Source of the DNA: Patescibacteria group bacterium
GTDB lineage: Bacteria > Patescibacteriota > Minisyncoccia > UBA6257 > GWB1-50-10
Length of the DNA stretch: 64,000 nt
Assembly: GCA_023474215.1 (NCBI GenBank)
Contig: JAMCYI010000013.1
Location: forward strand, 16,168 to 80,167
Direction: 5' to 3'
Shown: positions 1-8,933 of the stretch, one piece after another
Layout: the number at the start of each line of letters is the position of its first letter
Numbering within the stretch: position 1 is the stretch's first letter
Position numbers and translations under genes: made by a program
The notes under the pieces: model-generated
The model's input: the letters and a program-made list of their open reading frames with translations, nothing else
The model's database searches: none
Told to the model about the DNA's origin: nothing

Positions 1-559
1 AACTTCGACCATCGACCTTCGGATGTCATCGTCATCCGCCGACCCCACGCTCATTTACGCAAGCGGTACGGTTGTGTATTTGGAGCAAGGGAGCTCTTCT
101 CCCGTTGCTTTGACGAATTCGAACGTCAATGTGACGAATTTTTCCGCAACGAAGTACGAAAGTCCGGGCGGCGCTTCGATCGTCCAGGTCAATATGTCCC
201 TTGCTTATAATAATCCGAGTCCCGCAAGTCAATTCAGCCAGTCGCTCCAGATCGCCGCAGCAAGGATTTCTGCTGCGACATTTGACTCGTCGCTCTATCC
301 GGCGAGTTCCACGTCGCTCGATCTGGGGAGCGCGGCGAATCCCTGGGGGAACGGCTACTTCGGCGGCAACCTGAATGTTTCGGGCCAAGTAAATTCCGGT
401 TCGGGTGTTTCGGGCGCGACGGCCCTGAAAGCGAACGGCAATGTCGGCTTTTCAACTGCGGCGCAGGGATTAATCCTCAAGTCCTCGGGCGGAACTTGTT
501 TTCTTGTTGGAGTGAACGCTTCGGGGACTTTGACGACGACTGTCGCTACCTGCCCCTGA
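1..559 (+). CDS. 5'-truncated surface/pilin-like protein with C-terminal fibre-like beta segment
   Basis: Frame is open from the window start; Ser/Thr/Asn/Gly-rich; 'VALTNSNVNVTNF...VQVNMSL' resembles pseudopilin C-termini and 'LDLGSAANPWGNGYF' resembles fibre/adhesin repeats (recalled similarity only). Confidence 0.5.
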   Translation, partial: TSTIDLRMSSSSADPTLIYASGTVVYLEQGSSSPVALTNSNVNVTNFSATKYESPGGASIVQVNMSLAYNNPSPASQFSQSLQIAAARISAATFDSSLYPASSTSLDLGSAANPWGNGYFGGNLNVSGQVNSGSGVSGATALKANGNVGFSTAAQGLILKSSGGTCFLVGVNASGTLTTTVATCP

Positions 560-560
560 T

Positions 561-1148
561 ATGCTGCAGTATCTCGTTCTTGTAGGAGCTTTATTTAATT
601 TTTTCGGATCACTTCCTTATCTCGTCCAAGCCCTGAAGGGGGAAAATCAGCCAAACAAAGTTAGTTGGGGCATGTGGTCTATTGCCCCGCTTATCGCGAC
701 AGCCGCGGCACTCTCCGCCCATGTGACATGGGCTGTCGTGCCGGTCTTCATGTCCGGTTTTATGCCCCTCTTGATCTTTATCTCTTCTTTTTTAAATAAA
801 AAGGCATATTGGAGATTGGAACTGTTCGATTATCTTTGCGGTGCGGCTTCGGCTTTGGCCCTCATTCTATGGGCGATTACCAAAGAGCCGACCGTCGCCG
901 TCGTGTTTGCGATCATAAGCGATGCGCTCGCCGCTGTCCCGACGCTCGTGAAGGGCTGGCAGCATCCGGAAACGGAAACCGGCTTCGTATTTTTTGCGGG
1001 GCTCATAAGCGCCCTCACGGCATTTGCCGCGATAAAAGTTTGGACTTTTCCGTCGTACGGATTCGCCGTTTACCTTGTCGTCATGAACACCATGCTTTTT
1101 ACTTCGATTTGGCATCTTAAGATAAGGAAGATTTTCCTGGGGCGTTGA
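561..1148 (+). CDS. multi-pass membrane protein (PQ-loop-like hypothetical family)
   Basis: 195 aa with about 7 hydrophobic segments; PY..G...P...SW..W and D...PT..K...PE.E patterns shared with 21908-22492. Confidence 0.75.
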   Translation: MLQYLVLVGALFNFFGSLPYLVQALKGENQPNKVSWGMWSIAPLIATAAALSAHVTWAVVPVFMSGFMPLLIFISSFLNKKAYWRLELFDYLCGAASALALILWAITKEPTVAVVFAIISDALAAVPTLVKGWQHPETETGFVFFAGLISALTAFAAIKVWTFPSYGFAVYLVVMNTMLFTSIWHLKIRKIFLGR

Positions 1149-1212
1149 GGCTGATCCCCTCCGGGGCACTGAAAGCGCCCCGCTCGCCTATAATTTGATG
1201 TAAAATAAAAGT

Positions 1213-2955
1213 GTGAATCCTGAGAAGAAAACCTGTCAGAATTGTAGCCGAGAATTTACGATTGAACCGGAGGATTTTGCGTTTTATGACAAAATCAAGG
1301 TTCCGCCGCCGACATGGTGTCCCGAATGCCGGATGGTGCGAAGATTGCAGTTCAGAAACGAGCGGACGCTCTATCATTTCATATGCGAACTTTGCGGCGA
1401 GCCGGGCATTTCGATGTACCCGGATACCGCGCCCTTCCCGGTCTACTGCGCGAACTGTTGGTATTCCGACAAATGGGACCAGCTGTCTTATGCTCGCGAT
1501 TACGATTTCTCGCGCCCGTTTTTCGAACAGTGGAAAGACCTTTTCTTTAAAGTCCCCAAGGCGAGTATTTTTCATCGAAATGTTGAAAATGCGAAGTATT
1601 CGAACATTGTCGGGGAAAGCAAAAACCTATATCTCTCTTATTCTTCGACTAAAAATTCCGAGAATGTCTATTATGCCAAGAACATCGATCATTCGACCGA
1701 TGTTTTCGATTGCTTGAATATTGTGGACGTGAACCGATGCTATGGGATCGTTGACGGCACGAAGAACTACAACTCGAAGTTCCTTGTGTCATCGCAAAAT
1801 TGCATGGATTCTTCGTTCTTGTACGATTGCGCCAATTGCCGCAATTGTTTCCTTTCCACCGGCTTGCGGAATAAGGAGTACGTGATACGGAACAAGCAGT
1901 ACGCGAAGGAGGAATATGCGAAAGAAATAAAGAAATTCGATACGGGAAGCTTTTCCGCCGTCGATGCTTTAAAAAAAGAGTTCGCTTCGATGATGGAAAA
2001 AACTCCCCGAAGGTATGCGGTGGTTTTGAAGTCGGTCGATGCGACGGGGGACAATATCGTGAATTCGAAGAACGTTAAGGATTCGTTCGATGTGTACGAT
2101 ATGGAAGATACGCGGTACGTATTCCGGTCTTTCGGCACGAAAGGCGTTTACGACGCCAATAATATAGGCAATTCGGAGCTGATATACGATTTCGCGGGCG
2201 GAGGAGGAATGAATAGTTCCGGGCTGATGTTTTCAAGTAACGGCATACGTGACTTGCGGGATATCCAATATACGGATTACTGCACGACGAGCTCGCATCT
2301 GTTCGGCTGCGCAAGCATGCGGGATAAGCAATACTGCATCTTGAACAAACAATACTCGAAAGAAGAGTATGAAGCGCTCATCCCTAAAATCAAAAAGCAT
2401 ATGAACGATATGCCCTACGCGGATGCAAGAGGGAGGATATATCAATACGGCGAATTCTTTCCGCCGGAAATGTCTTCTTTTGCCTATAACGAGACGATCG
2501 CCCAGGAATACTTTCCTTTGTCGAAAGAGGAAGTGCTCGAGCGCGGATACCGATGGAAAGACCCGGAGGAGAAAAATTATCGGATTACTAAAAAAACCTC
2601 CGACTTGCCGGATCATATTAAAGATGTCGACGATTCGATACTCGAAGAAACGGTGGAATGCGCTCACGGAGGAAGATGCACCGACCAATGCACAAGTGCC
2701 TTCCGGATCGTGCGGGAGGAGTTGGTGCTTTATCGGAAATTCGATTTGCCCTTGCCCCGCCTTTGCCCCAACTGTCGCCATTACGAGCGCCTGAAATTGA
2801 AGAATCCTCTGAAGCTCTGGCACCGCTCCTGTATGTGCGATAAGCCGAACCACGGCCATGCGGGGAAATGTCCCAACGAATTCGAGACCAGCTACGCCCC
2901 GGACCGCCCGGAGATCGTGTATTGCGAGCAGTGCTACAACGCGGAGGTTGTTTAG
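1213..2955 (+). CDS. Cys-rich zinc-ribbon-domain hypothetical protein (family common in Parcubacteria)
   Basis: 580 aa; many CxxC pairs (CQNC, CPEC, CELC, CANC, CPNC, CEQC); 'YCILNKQYSKEEY' and 'YGEFFP' motifs. Confidence 0.8.
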   Translation: MNPEKKTCQNCSREFTIEPEDFAFYDKIKVPPPTWCPECRMVRRLQFRNERTLYHFICELCGEPGISMYPDTAPFPVYCANCWYSDKWDQLSYARDYDFSRPFFEQWKDLFFKVPKASIFHRNVENAKYSNIVGESKNLYLSYSSTKNSENVYYAKNIDHSTDVFDCLNIVDVNRCYGIVDGTKNYNSKFLVSSQNCMDSSFLYDCANCRNCFLSTGLRNKEYVIRNKQYAKEEYAKEIKKFDTGSFSAVDALKKEFASMMEKTPRRYAVVLKSVDATGDNIVNSKNVKDSFDVYDMEDTRYVFRSFGTKGVYDANNIGNSELIYDFAGGGGMNSSGLMFSSNGIRDLRDIQYTDYCTTSSHLFGCASMRDKQYCILNKQYSKEEYEALIPKIKKHMNDMPYADARGRIYQYGEFFPPEMSSFAYNETIAQEYFPLSKEEVLERGYRWKDPEEKNYRITKKTSDLPDHIKDVDDSILEETVECAHGGRCTDQCTSAFRIVREELVLYRKFDLPLPRLCPNCRHYERLKLKNPLKLWHRSCMCDKPNHGHAGKCPNEFETSYAPDRPEIVYCEQCYNAEVV

Positions 2956-3040
2956 TTATCCCCAGATTTAAAGGCCCCCCGGTCTCCTTGAATTTTTGAG
3001 GGTCCCCCGGAGGCCTTTAATTTTTGAAGGAGAGCGGGGG
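2956..3040 (+). repeat. DnaA-box-led G/C-run palindromic repeat, copy R1
   Basis: TTATCCCCAG followed by a hairpin and AATTTTTGAAGGAGAGCGGGGG, which is identical at 43379-43400 and one mismatch away on the minus strand near 28066-28088. Confidence 0.8.
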
Positions 3041-3083
3041 CAAGGATTTGAGAGATACAATCCCGAGGTTATATAATAAATTT

Positions 3084-3404
3084 ATGGAACTCAAAAATCT
3101 GGTTTCCCGCGCTATGGAAGTCCGGGAGAAATACGCAGAACTCGAAAGGAAAAAATATGGCAGGGAATGGAATGAAGCGCAGATTGCGGAAGGATTCGTC
3201 GGAGATGTTGGCGATCTCATGAAGCTCGTCATGGCGAAGGAGGGAATCCGAACAACCGAAGCGGTGGAGGAGAAATTGGAACACGAACTCATGGATTGTT
3301 TGTGGTCAATTTTTGTTCTCTCCAAGAAATTTAACATAGATATCGAAAGTTCTTTCCCCAAAGCGATGGACCAGTTGGAGGAGCGAATAAAAAAAGAATT
3401 ATGA
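3084..3404 (+). CDS. MazG-like nucleotide pyrophosphohydrolase
   Basis: All-alpha acidic motifs GDVGDL...EHELMDC typical of MazG-like folds; TATAAT at 3072-3077 precedes ATG 3084. Confidence 0.75.
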   Translation: MELKNLVSRAMEVREKYAELERKKYGREWNEAQIAEGFVGDVGDLMKLVMAKEGIRTTEAVEEKLEHELMDCLWSIFVLSKKFNIDIESSFPKAMDQLEERIKKEL

Positions 3405-4213
3405 AGATAGCGCTAGTTGATTTGTGCGGCGCAAAAGATTTCAGAGAGCATAAAAGCTATGTCGATTCCATGGCGTTTCTCGCGGAGGAGGGAATCGACT
3501 TCGAGGATTACGCCTCTGGTTTGACCGGTCTCGACGCAAAGATCGAAGGCCTCAACAAGGCGCTCGCGAGTGATGCCGATCTTGTTTGGGTGATGAGGGG
3601 CGGTTTTATCTGCATCGATACGCTCGATAGAATCGATTGGGAAAAAGTCGTCGCTTCCGGCAAGAAATTTTACGGCCTGAGCGACTTTACCCACTTCTCG
3701 ACGTTCGCTGTCCCGAAAGGAGTTACGTGCTACTACGGCCAGGGCCTGAGCCATATCAAGGAGTTTTTTCCGACAGAGCCCGAAAGAAAATTCATCGCGG
3801 ATTTTTTGAAAACCGGCATTCCCGTATGTACAAGTCCGGAACCGCTGGCTTGTGCAAATGCCGGGCTTGATATAGCGAAGGAAAAGATCATCGGCGGCCA
3901 TCTCCTCATCTTCACTTTAATGGAAAGTCAACTGGAGATCGATTTGAAAGACAGATATTTGTTTCTGGAATATCATACGGGTACGACAGGCAATAACCTT
4001 GAAGAGCTCGGTTATTATTTTGACCAACTGCTGTATGTTCTAAAAAAGAATCTTCCGAAGGGATTCGTTCTCGGCCACACATCCATCAAGGGGGAGGATG
4101 GAAGTTTTATTCCCGTTGAAGTAATCAACGATTTTTGTTCAAAAAAGTTGTCGGCACTAGATTTGCCGGCCTACTATCTCGATCACTACAAAAACATCGT
4201 CACTTTTCGTTAG
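3401..4213 (+). CDS. LD-carboxypeptidase (peptidase S66)-like protein
   Basis: RGG motif and 'FYGLSDFT' (G-x-S-D-x-T catalytic Ser motif), 'IIGGHL', 'LFLE'. Confidence 0.75.
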   Translation: MKIALVDLCGAKDFREHKSYVDSMAFLAEEGIDFEDYASGLTGLDAKIEGLNKALASDADLVWVMRGGFICIDTLDRIDWEKVVASGKKFYGLSDFTHFSTFAVPKGVTCYYGQGLSHIKEFFPTEPERKFIADFLKTGIPVCTSPEPLACANAGLDIAKEKIIGGHLLIFTLMESQLEIDLKDRYLFLEYHTGTTGNNLEELGYYFDQLLYVLKKNLPKGFVLGHTSIKGEDGSFIPVEVINDFCSKKLSALDLPAYYLDHYKNIVTFR

Positions 4214-4337
4214 GCGTGGTTTAGCCAGTTGCAGATTTAAGGCCTCCCGGGGGCTTCGCACCGGGAGGCACGAAAGCGAGCCAAGTATCCCCGCGAAGGC
4301 TAAGACTTGGGCGTAGTTCTCGTGATACAATTCTCAT

Positions 4338-4829
4338 ATGGATCAAAAGATCAAAAATGCGGCTACAAATCTCCTGGAATCAACTGATATTTTAAACATC
4401 CTGGCTCAATTCGGCGAAGTGCATATCGTGGGTAGTTACGCATTTGATTTGATGACTGAACCGGATATCGATCTGATCGTTTTGACAAATGAACCTCAAA
4501 GATCATCGGAAGAAGCTCTAGCTTATGTTTCTAAACTTCATCTTTTTCAAAAACTCGAGTACGGGGACTTCCAGAAATTTCCACGGAAAAAGAGACCTCC
4601 TTTCTTCATTTTCAATATGAGAACCCCGTGGGAAGGGGAGTCGTTTGAGATAGAAACTTGGTTTCTACCCGAAGCCGCTGACCAGCTGGCATTCGTCGAA
4701 AAGATGAAAAAGATATCCCCGGAGCAAAAGCAAAAGATCCTCGAACTCAAATTGAAAAGAAAACAATCGGGTGCAAGTAAAGCCGAGCTCTCGTCATTCG
4801 ATATTTACAGAGACGTTCTCGATTTTTAA
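4338..4829 (+). CDS. Pol-beta-superfamily nucleotidyltransferase-like protein
   Basis: 'IVGSYAFDLMTEPDIDLIV' matches hG[GS]x9-13Dh[DE]h; TG-n-TACAAT 6 nt upstream of ATG. Confidence 0.7.
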   Translation: MDQKIKNAATNLLESTDILNILAQFGEVHIVGSYAFDLMTEPDIDLIVLTNEPQRSSEEALAYVSKLHLFQKLEYGDFQKFPRKKRPPFFIFNMRTPWEGESFEIETWFLPEAADQLAFVEKMKKISPEQKQKILELKLKRKQSGASKAELSSFDIYRDVLDF

Positions 4830-4872
4830 CTGAGGAAAACCACTACCTCACCGAGAAATTCTAGCCCGCCCC

Positions 4873-5151
4873 TTGGGAGCCCGCCGAAGAATTCGAAACT
4901 TCGAAATTGATAAAATCGCTAAAAAGTGGTATAGATTCATAAATTCGAGGGGTAGTAATGCAACACTGATGTGCATCCTTCGAGATCGGGTTATGGTTCA
5001 TAAACCAGAAATAGAATGGAAGACACCGACAGAATATATTGGCATTCGACCAGGTAGTGTGGGGTTTGAGGAAGATTTTGAAAGCTTTCCCGATCAAAAA
5101 AGATTGAACTGGTTTATTACATCGAACGAGATGCACAGAAATATGCTATGA
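4873..5151 (+). pseudogene. possible gene fragment
   Basis: 92-aa ORF with TTG start and no obvious RBS or promoter; same frame as the next ORF, separated by one TGA. Confidence 0.3.
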
Positions 5152-5241
5152 AGGTTGGGTTATTTACTGGGATACTCATTGGTATCCCCATCGGAATCAT
5201 CTTGGCCTTTGTGGTTTAATTTGAAAATATCCGTAGCTCCA

Positions 5242-5925
5242 ATGCCTAAAAACTTCTGGGAAAATATCAATTATGAGATTATCGAAGGCTTATCGAAGGG
5301 CTCTTACTCAAAATATAAAAATGGGGATCACATTGGTGCGGCTTTAATAGAGGCAGCTCTGCTAGATGGAAGTCTAAGATTCTCGTTGATAGAAGAATTC
5401 AAACGCGACGGGAAAGTTAAGGATAATGATTTTTTAAAACTTTCCGAGGAAGACAACTTTTACCACCTAATCAAATTTTTCTTGGCTTACACAAAGGATA
5501 AGAAGAACTACAGGAAACTAGATTCTGTTAGAAAAAATAGAAACAAGTTGATACACAACATACCCTACTTTAAGAGCTTGGAGGAACTAGATAATCACGC
5601 CCGCTCTTTGTACGAGGAAATTGCTGAGGTACATTCCCACTTGTTCCATGATTATCTTTCCCTGAGACCTGAAGAATTGGAGGAGAAAATACGACAAATA
5701 ACGCGCGGGGTAGGAGCGGCAGTTCACTTTCAGAAAATTAAAAGCCCAGAAGCCGTTATCGCTCTGTTCCGATGCGACAAATCAAAGTTTGACAATATAG
5801 AGAAAGGACTTCGGCGGAAAGCTCTAGCTGGCTGGCGGTATGAAATACATACCAAGAAGACGGGGAACGATGACTATCAGATAGATTTTTCAAACTTATA
5901 TGGCTATGCATATGGAAAAATATGA
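5242..5925 (+). CDS. HEPN-motif protein 1
   Basis: Helical protein with 'AALIEAALLD' helix and RxxxxH motif 'RNKLIH'. Confidence 0.6.
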   Translation: MPKNFWENINYEIIEGLSKGSYSKYKNGDHIGAALIEAALLDGSLRFSLIEEFKRDGKVKDNDFLKLSEEDNFYHLIKFFLAYTKDKKNYRKLDSVRKNRNKLIHNIPYFKSLEELDNHARSLYEEIAEVHSHLFHDYLSLRPEELEEKIRQITRGVGAAVHFQKIKSPEAVIALFRCDKSKFDNIEKGLRRKALAGWRYEIHTKKTGNDDYQIDFSNLYGYAYGKI

Positions 5926-6440
5926 ACAAAGAAGAATTCTCAAAACTCATATTATCTGATCCAAGCGAAGCATGGAAAAAAATTAGAAGCGGAGAAATCG
6001 ACATCTCCCACGTAGATTTTAATGTCGTCAAAAAACGAGTTGAAAATAAATTCCTAACCAAGGAACAAATTGAAGCCGTTGAATCTGTATACTGGGCATC
6101 CTATCTAGTCGAGAAAGAGATATCGGATATAATTTCCTCTACAGAAAAAACATTAGGCAATACAGATATAGTTGACGCTATGTTGGGCCGCTTGGCCTTT
6201 GGAGATAAAATCTCGTTGATGGACGAGAGATACAATAAGGGAGGTCAAATTAAGCCATTCATAAGCTTTGCCTGGAGGGTTAACCAATTAAGAAATAACG
6301 TGGCACATGGAAGATTTGGAGATCTTAAGTACGAAGGGCTTGATCTATCTAACAGAAAGGGGCAGTTCAAATTCTTAATTGACCTGATTGGTGCTTTCTC
6401 AAAATCGGTTAAGAATATCCGCATGACACGTGGCACTTAG
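5922..6440 (+). CDS. HEPN-motif protein 2 (MtlR-like pattern)
   Basis: 'LVE...LAFGDKISL...LRNNVAHG' with RxxxxH motif; ATGA overlap with the upstream gene. Confidence 0.65.
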   Translation: MNKEEFSKLILSDPSEAWKKIRSGEIDISHVDFNVVKKRVENKFLTKEQIEAVESVYWASYLVEKEISDIISSTEKTLGNTDIVDAMLGRLAFGDKISLMDERYNKGGQIKPFISFAWRVNQLRNNVAHGRFGDLKYEGLDLSNRKGQFKFLIDLIGAFSKSVKNIRMTRGT

Positions 6441-6500
6441 AAGTTCTCACGGCGTCAGCTTAGAACAAGTTCCATCACTGGAGTAGTATAATTAATAACG

Positions 6501-6827
6501 ATGAACAGAGATGAGGGGAACATCGGCGGTGGGACGATCCTTATAATAGCCGTCATAGTCCTAGGTTATTTTCTAATACGAGCCAACCAACAAGTTAATA
6601 GCTTAAATAAGGCTCTTTCAATGGCGAACAGCAATATCAGTCAACTGAATCTTGAGATCGATCAGGCAAATTCTGACATCGAAGATCTTAACGGCCAAAT
6701 GTACGACGCCCAGAGTTACGCTTGGAGTGATTATTACACTATGGGTTCTACTCTAGAAAACCTTAATCCCATTGAAGATTCATTTGACACCTTACCAACA
6801 GTCAGTAGTTCTACTTCCAGCCAATAA
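6501..6827 (+). CDS. membrane-anchored coiled-coil hypothetical protein
   Basis: N-terminal TM helix then heptad-like segment; TATAAT at 6487-6492. Confidence 0.65.
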   Translation: MNRDEGNIGGGTILIIAVIVLGYFLIRANQQVNSLNKALSMANSNISQLNLEIDQANSDIEDLNGQMYDAQSYAWSDYYTMGSTLENLNPIEDSFDTLPTVSSSTSSQ

Positions 6828-6869
6828 AATACACCGAGGTAGATTCACTCCCAGATTAAATTTATCAAC

Positions 6870-7820
6870 ATGAGAAAGGTAGACATTTTTGAAGAGGAAA
6901 ATTCAATCGTCATAGATGATCAGTACTCTACTGACACCTTCAATTTCTTTCCTAAAGAGAGAAAGTTTGAGGTGAGTTCAAGCACAAAAAATGATGTTTT
7001 TTATAACAACTCAACGGTTGAGTATAAAATTTCTCTCAACCCAATAGAGTTATGGATGAGAACAACAGAACTCTCACACGAGCCACCGCTGGAATACTCG
7101 ATAAAGGACGGCGTCGTACTAGAATCAGAGATTAATAAAAACAAATTCATTCAAAAAGATTGGATAGAACACCTCAAGAAAGAGGTTGAATGGACAAAAA
7201 TTCCATTGCTCAACAACTGCGAAGTAAATCTTTACATTCTTTCTAAACACCCCGAAATTATTTCCAAGGACGATTACAGAAGGATCTTGAGGCAATCTCT
7301 CGAGAAAATAAAGCTCGGCGTTTCCAAGGTCGAAGAAGCCGTCAGGGAAGATAAGTACAGCTTGCAAATTGAGACTACTGAGTGTAGCAAGGGTATATGG
7401 TATCCCGAAAGCGAGGCGGAAAAAAAGGAAAGAAATGAATATTACAAATTAGATGCCGAAAAGCAAAAGAACTCCCCCTATGAGAAAAGGTTTAAATACG
7501 TCAGAGATTTTGAAGACTCTCTTTTCAAGGAAAATTCGCCGAAGTACGTAGGCATATCCGAAGAGGAGTTTAGAGGCAGTGACGAGATAATGAGGCATCT
7601 GCAAAAGCTCCTCGATAAAAAAGAATCAACATCGGAGACTAGTGCCGAACCGAAGATCTCAAAGGCAAATGGGATTATCATCTCATTACTCCTAACCCTC
7701 TTCATTTCGTGGGTTGTTAGTTGGTTTATTGCTATTAACCCATTCCTGATTTTTATACTGGTGGAAATCGTAGCTTTTCTCCAAGGCGTTATTGGCAGCT
7801 GGATAGAGAAACGACTCTAG
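6870..7820 (+). CDS. hypothetical protein with two C-terminal TM helices
   Basis: 316-aa ORF in AT-rich DNA; hydrophobic C-terminus. Confidence 0.65.
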   Translation: MRKVDIFEEENSIVIDDQYSTDTFNFFPKERKFEVSSSTKNDVFYNNSTVEYKISLNPIELWMRTTELSHEPPLEYSIKDGVVLESEINKNKFIQKDWIEHLKKEVEWTKIPLLNNCEVNLYILSKHPEIISKDDYRRILRQSLEKIKLGVSKVEEAVREDKYSLQIETTECSKGIWYPESEAEKKERNEYYKLDAEKQKNSPYEKRFKYVRDFEDSLFKENSPKYVGISEEEFRGSDEIMRHLQKLLDKKESTSETSAEPKISKANGIIISLLLTLFISWVVSWFIAINPFLIFILVEIVAFLQGVIGSWIEKRL

Positions 7821-7902
7821 CGCGTACACAAATTAGTTCGAAAATCGTCCAAAACCCGCAGCAAGCCACCAGGCGAGCCAAGCACCCCGCGAAATCGGGG
7901 CA

Positions 7903-8214
7903 TTGACTAATAACTTAGTACGTTTTATAACAATAGGCCATCCCGGTTTGGCGGGTATGATGATGGACTCATTCGGAGAATCGCAGATAACCAATTTTAC
8001 TCTCTCGAAAGGCATCCTAGCTTTTACCAAGCAGTACCAGAACCGCCCCCCAATCAAATACAAGTTAGAACTAACAACAAGACCGTGGGGTAGTTGGTAC
8101 AAGGGACAATATAATGGCAAGGACTGCAAGAATGGGTTTGCTCATTGCGTGGTGAACGTCGTTGATGAGGAATTTTTCCAGCCCGAGGAACTACCTGCCG
8201 CCTTCAAAAAATAG
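7903..8214 (+). CDS. hypothetical protein, possibly 5'-truncated
   Basis: 103-aa ORF with TTG start, followed by a terminator-like hairpin. Confidence 0.45.
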   Translation: MTNNLVRFITIGHPGLAGMMMDSFGESQITNFTLSKGILAFTKQYQNRPPIKYKLELTTRPWGSWYKGQYNGKDCKNGFAHCVVNVVDEEFFQPEELPAAFKK

Positions 8215-8241
8215 CTTCCGGCTTGAAGCTGTATAAAGCTT

Positions 8242-8263
8242 GGGTTCACAGAAATGTGAACCC
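8242..8263 (+). terminator. intrinsic terminator-like hairpin
   Basis: GGGTTCACA-GAAA-TGTGAACCC followed by T-rich sequence. Confidence 0.6.
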
Positions 8264-8412
8264 TCCTTTGTTTTTATCAATTCCATGAAGGAGCGGGAGA
8301 ACCTATTCCCGAACGAACATTGCCAGAATGAGCGTTAAAATCACCCGTAACAATGTTTAAATACAAAAAGGTCCACTGTTAAGTAGACCTTTCGGGAATG
8401 CGTGAAGATCAT

Positions 8413-8607
8413 TCACTTACATTCGCAATACTTCTTCATGATCTCCTCAAGGCATTCTTCGCGAGGTTTTATTAATTCGATCATCGAATTAAAAAAGAAA
8501 TTCGCCCTTTGATCGCCAGCTCCATACGCCTCGTCCAGCATCTGTTCGACGATCTTCTTTGAACCTTCGTCCAGAACCAGCTTGTTTGCGACAACTTCGG
8601 CCGACAT
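8413..8607 (-). CDS. small hypothetical protein
   Basis: 64 aa; GGAG RBS and a TTGACA-N17-TATTCT promoter upstream on the minus strand. Confidence 0.55.
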   Translation of the reverse strand: MSAEVVANKLVLDEGSKKIVEQMLDEAYGAGDQRANFFFNSMIELIKPREECLEEIMKKYCECK

Positions 8608-8739
8608 TCTATCATCTCCATTTTTGATTAGTAAGAGCTGTAGGATTATGCCCAGAGAATAATACCAAAACTAAGCAGTGTCAATGAAAAGGGAGTCGTT
8701 TTCCCCTGAAAAGGATGGTTTGCATAATTATTTCTAGGA

Positions 8740-8877
8740 GGATACCTTATCTTGTGAGAAAACTGTCTCGGAGGCCGAGCGGGCATGGTTGCTCGAAGGG
8801 CAGAGCGAGGCCGAGAGCAAGCGCAAATTCCTCGCCGGGGAATTTGATAGCGTGTTTTCGAGCAGGATAAGGTATCC
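8740..8877 (+). repeat. structured dispersed element family A, copy A1
   Basis: 15-bp closing stem GGATACCTTATCTTG/CAGGATAAGGTATCC; core homologous to 18969-19114 and 53295-53437 (both minus strand). Confidence 0.8.
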
Positions 8878-8889
8878 GACGCCCCTCTT

Positions 8890-8924
8890 TTAGCGCTTGA
8901 CACTCCCCAGTGCTAATATATAAT
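8890..8924 (+). promoter_or_regulatory. CIRCE operator overlapping sigma70 promoter of hrcA
   Basis: TTAGCGCTT-N9-CAGTGCTAA (8890-8916) vs consensus TTAGCACTC-N9-GAGTGCTAA; TTGACA 8897-8902, TATAAT 8919-8924. Confidence 0.9.
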
Positions 8925-8933
8925 GGTTCCTAC

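Noticed and set aside
4873-5925. TGA read-through (genetic code 25) joining the 4873 and 5155 ORFs
   Set aside because: TGA ends conserved genes such as dnaK, groEL, folA and atpD at expected positions, and no core gene has an internal TGA.
4338-7820. Integron cassette array
   Set aside because: Genes are co-oriented, but I could not find paired RYYYAAC/GTTRRRY attC boxes in the spacers or an integrase.
8740-8877. Family A as a hammerhead or other known ribozyme
   Set aside because: No CUGANGA/GAAA hammerhead core or recognisable HDV or twister consensus by eye; catalytic activity remains untested.
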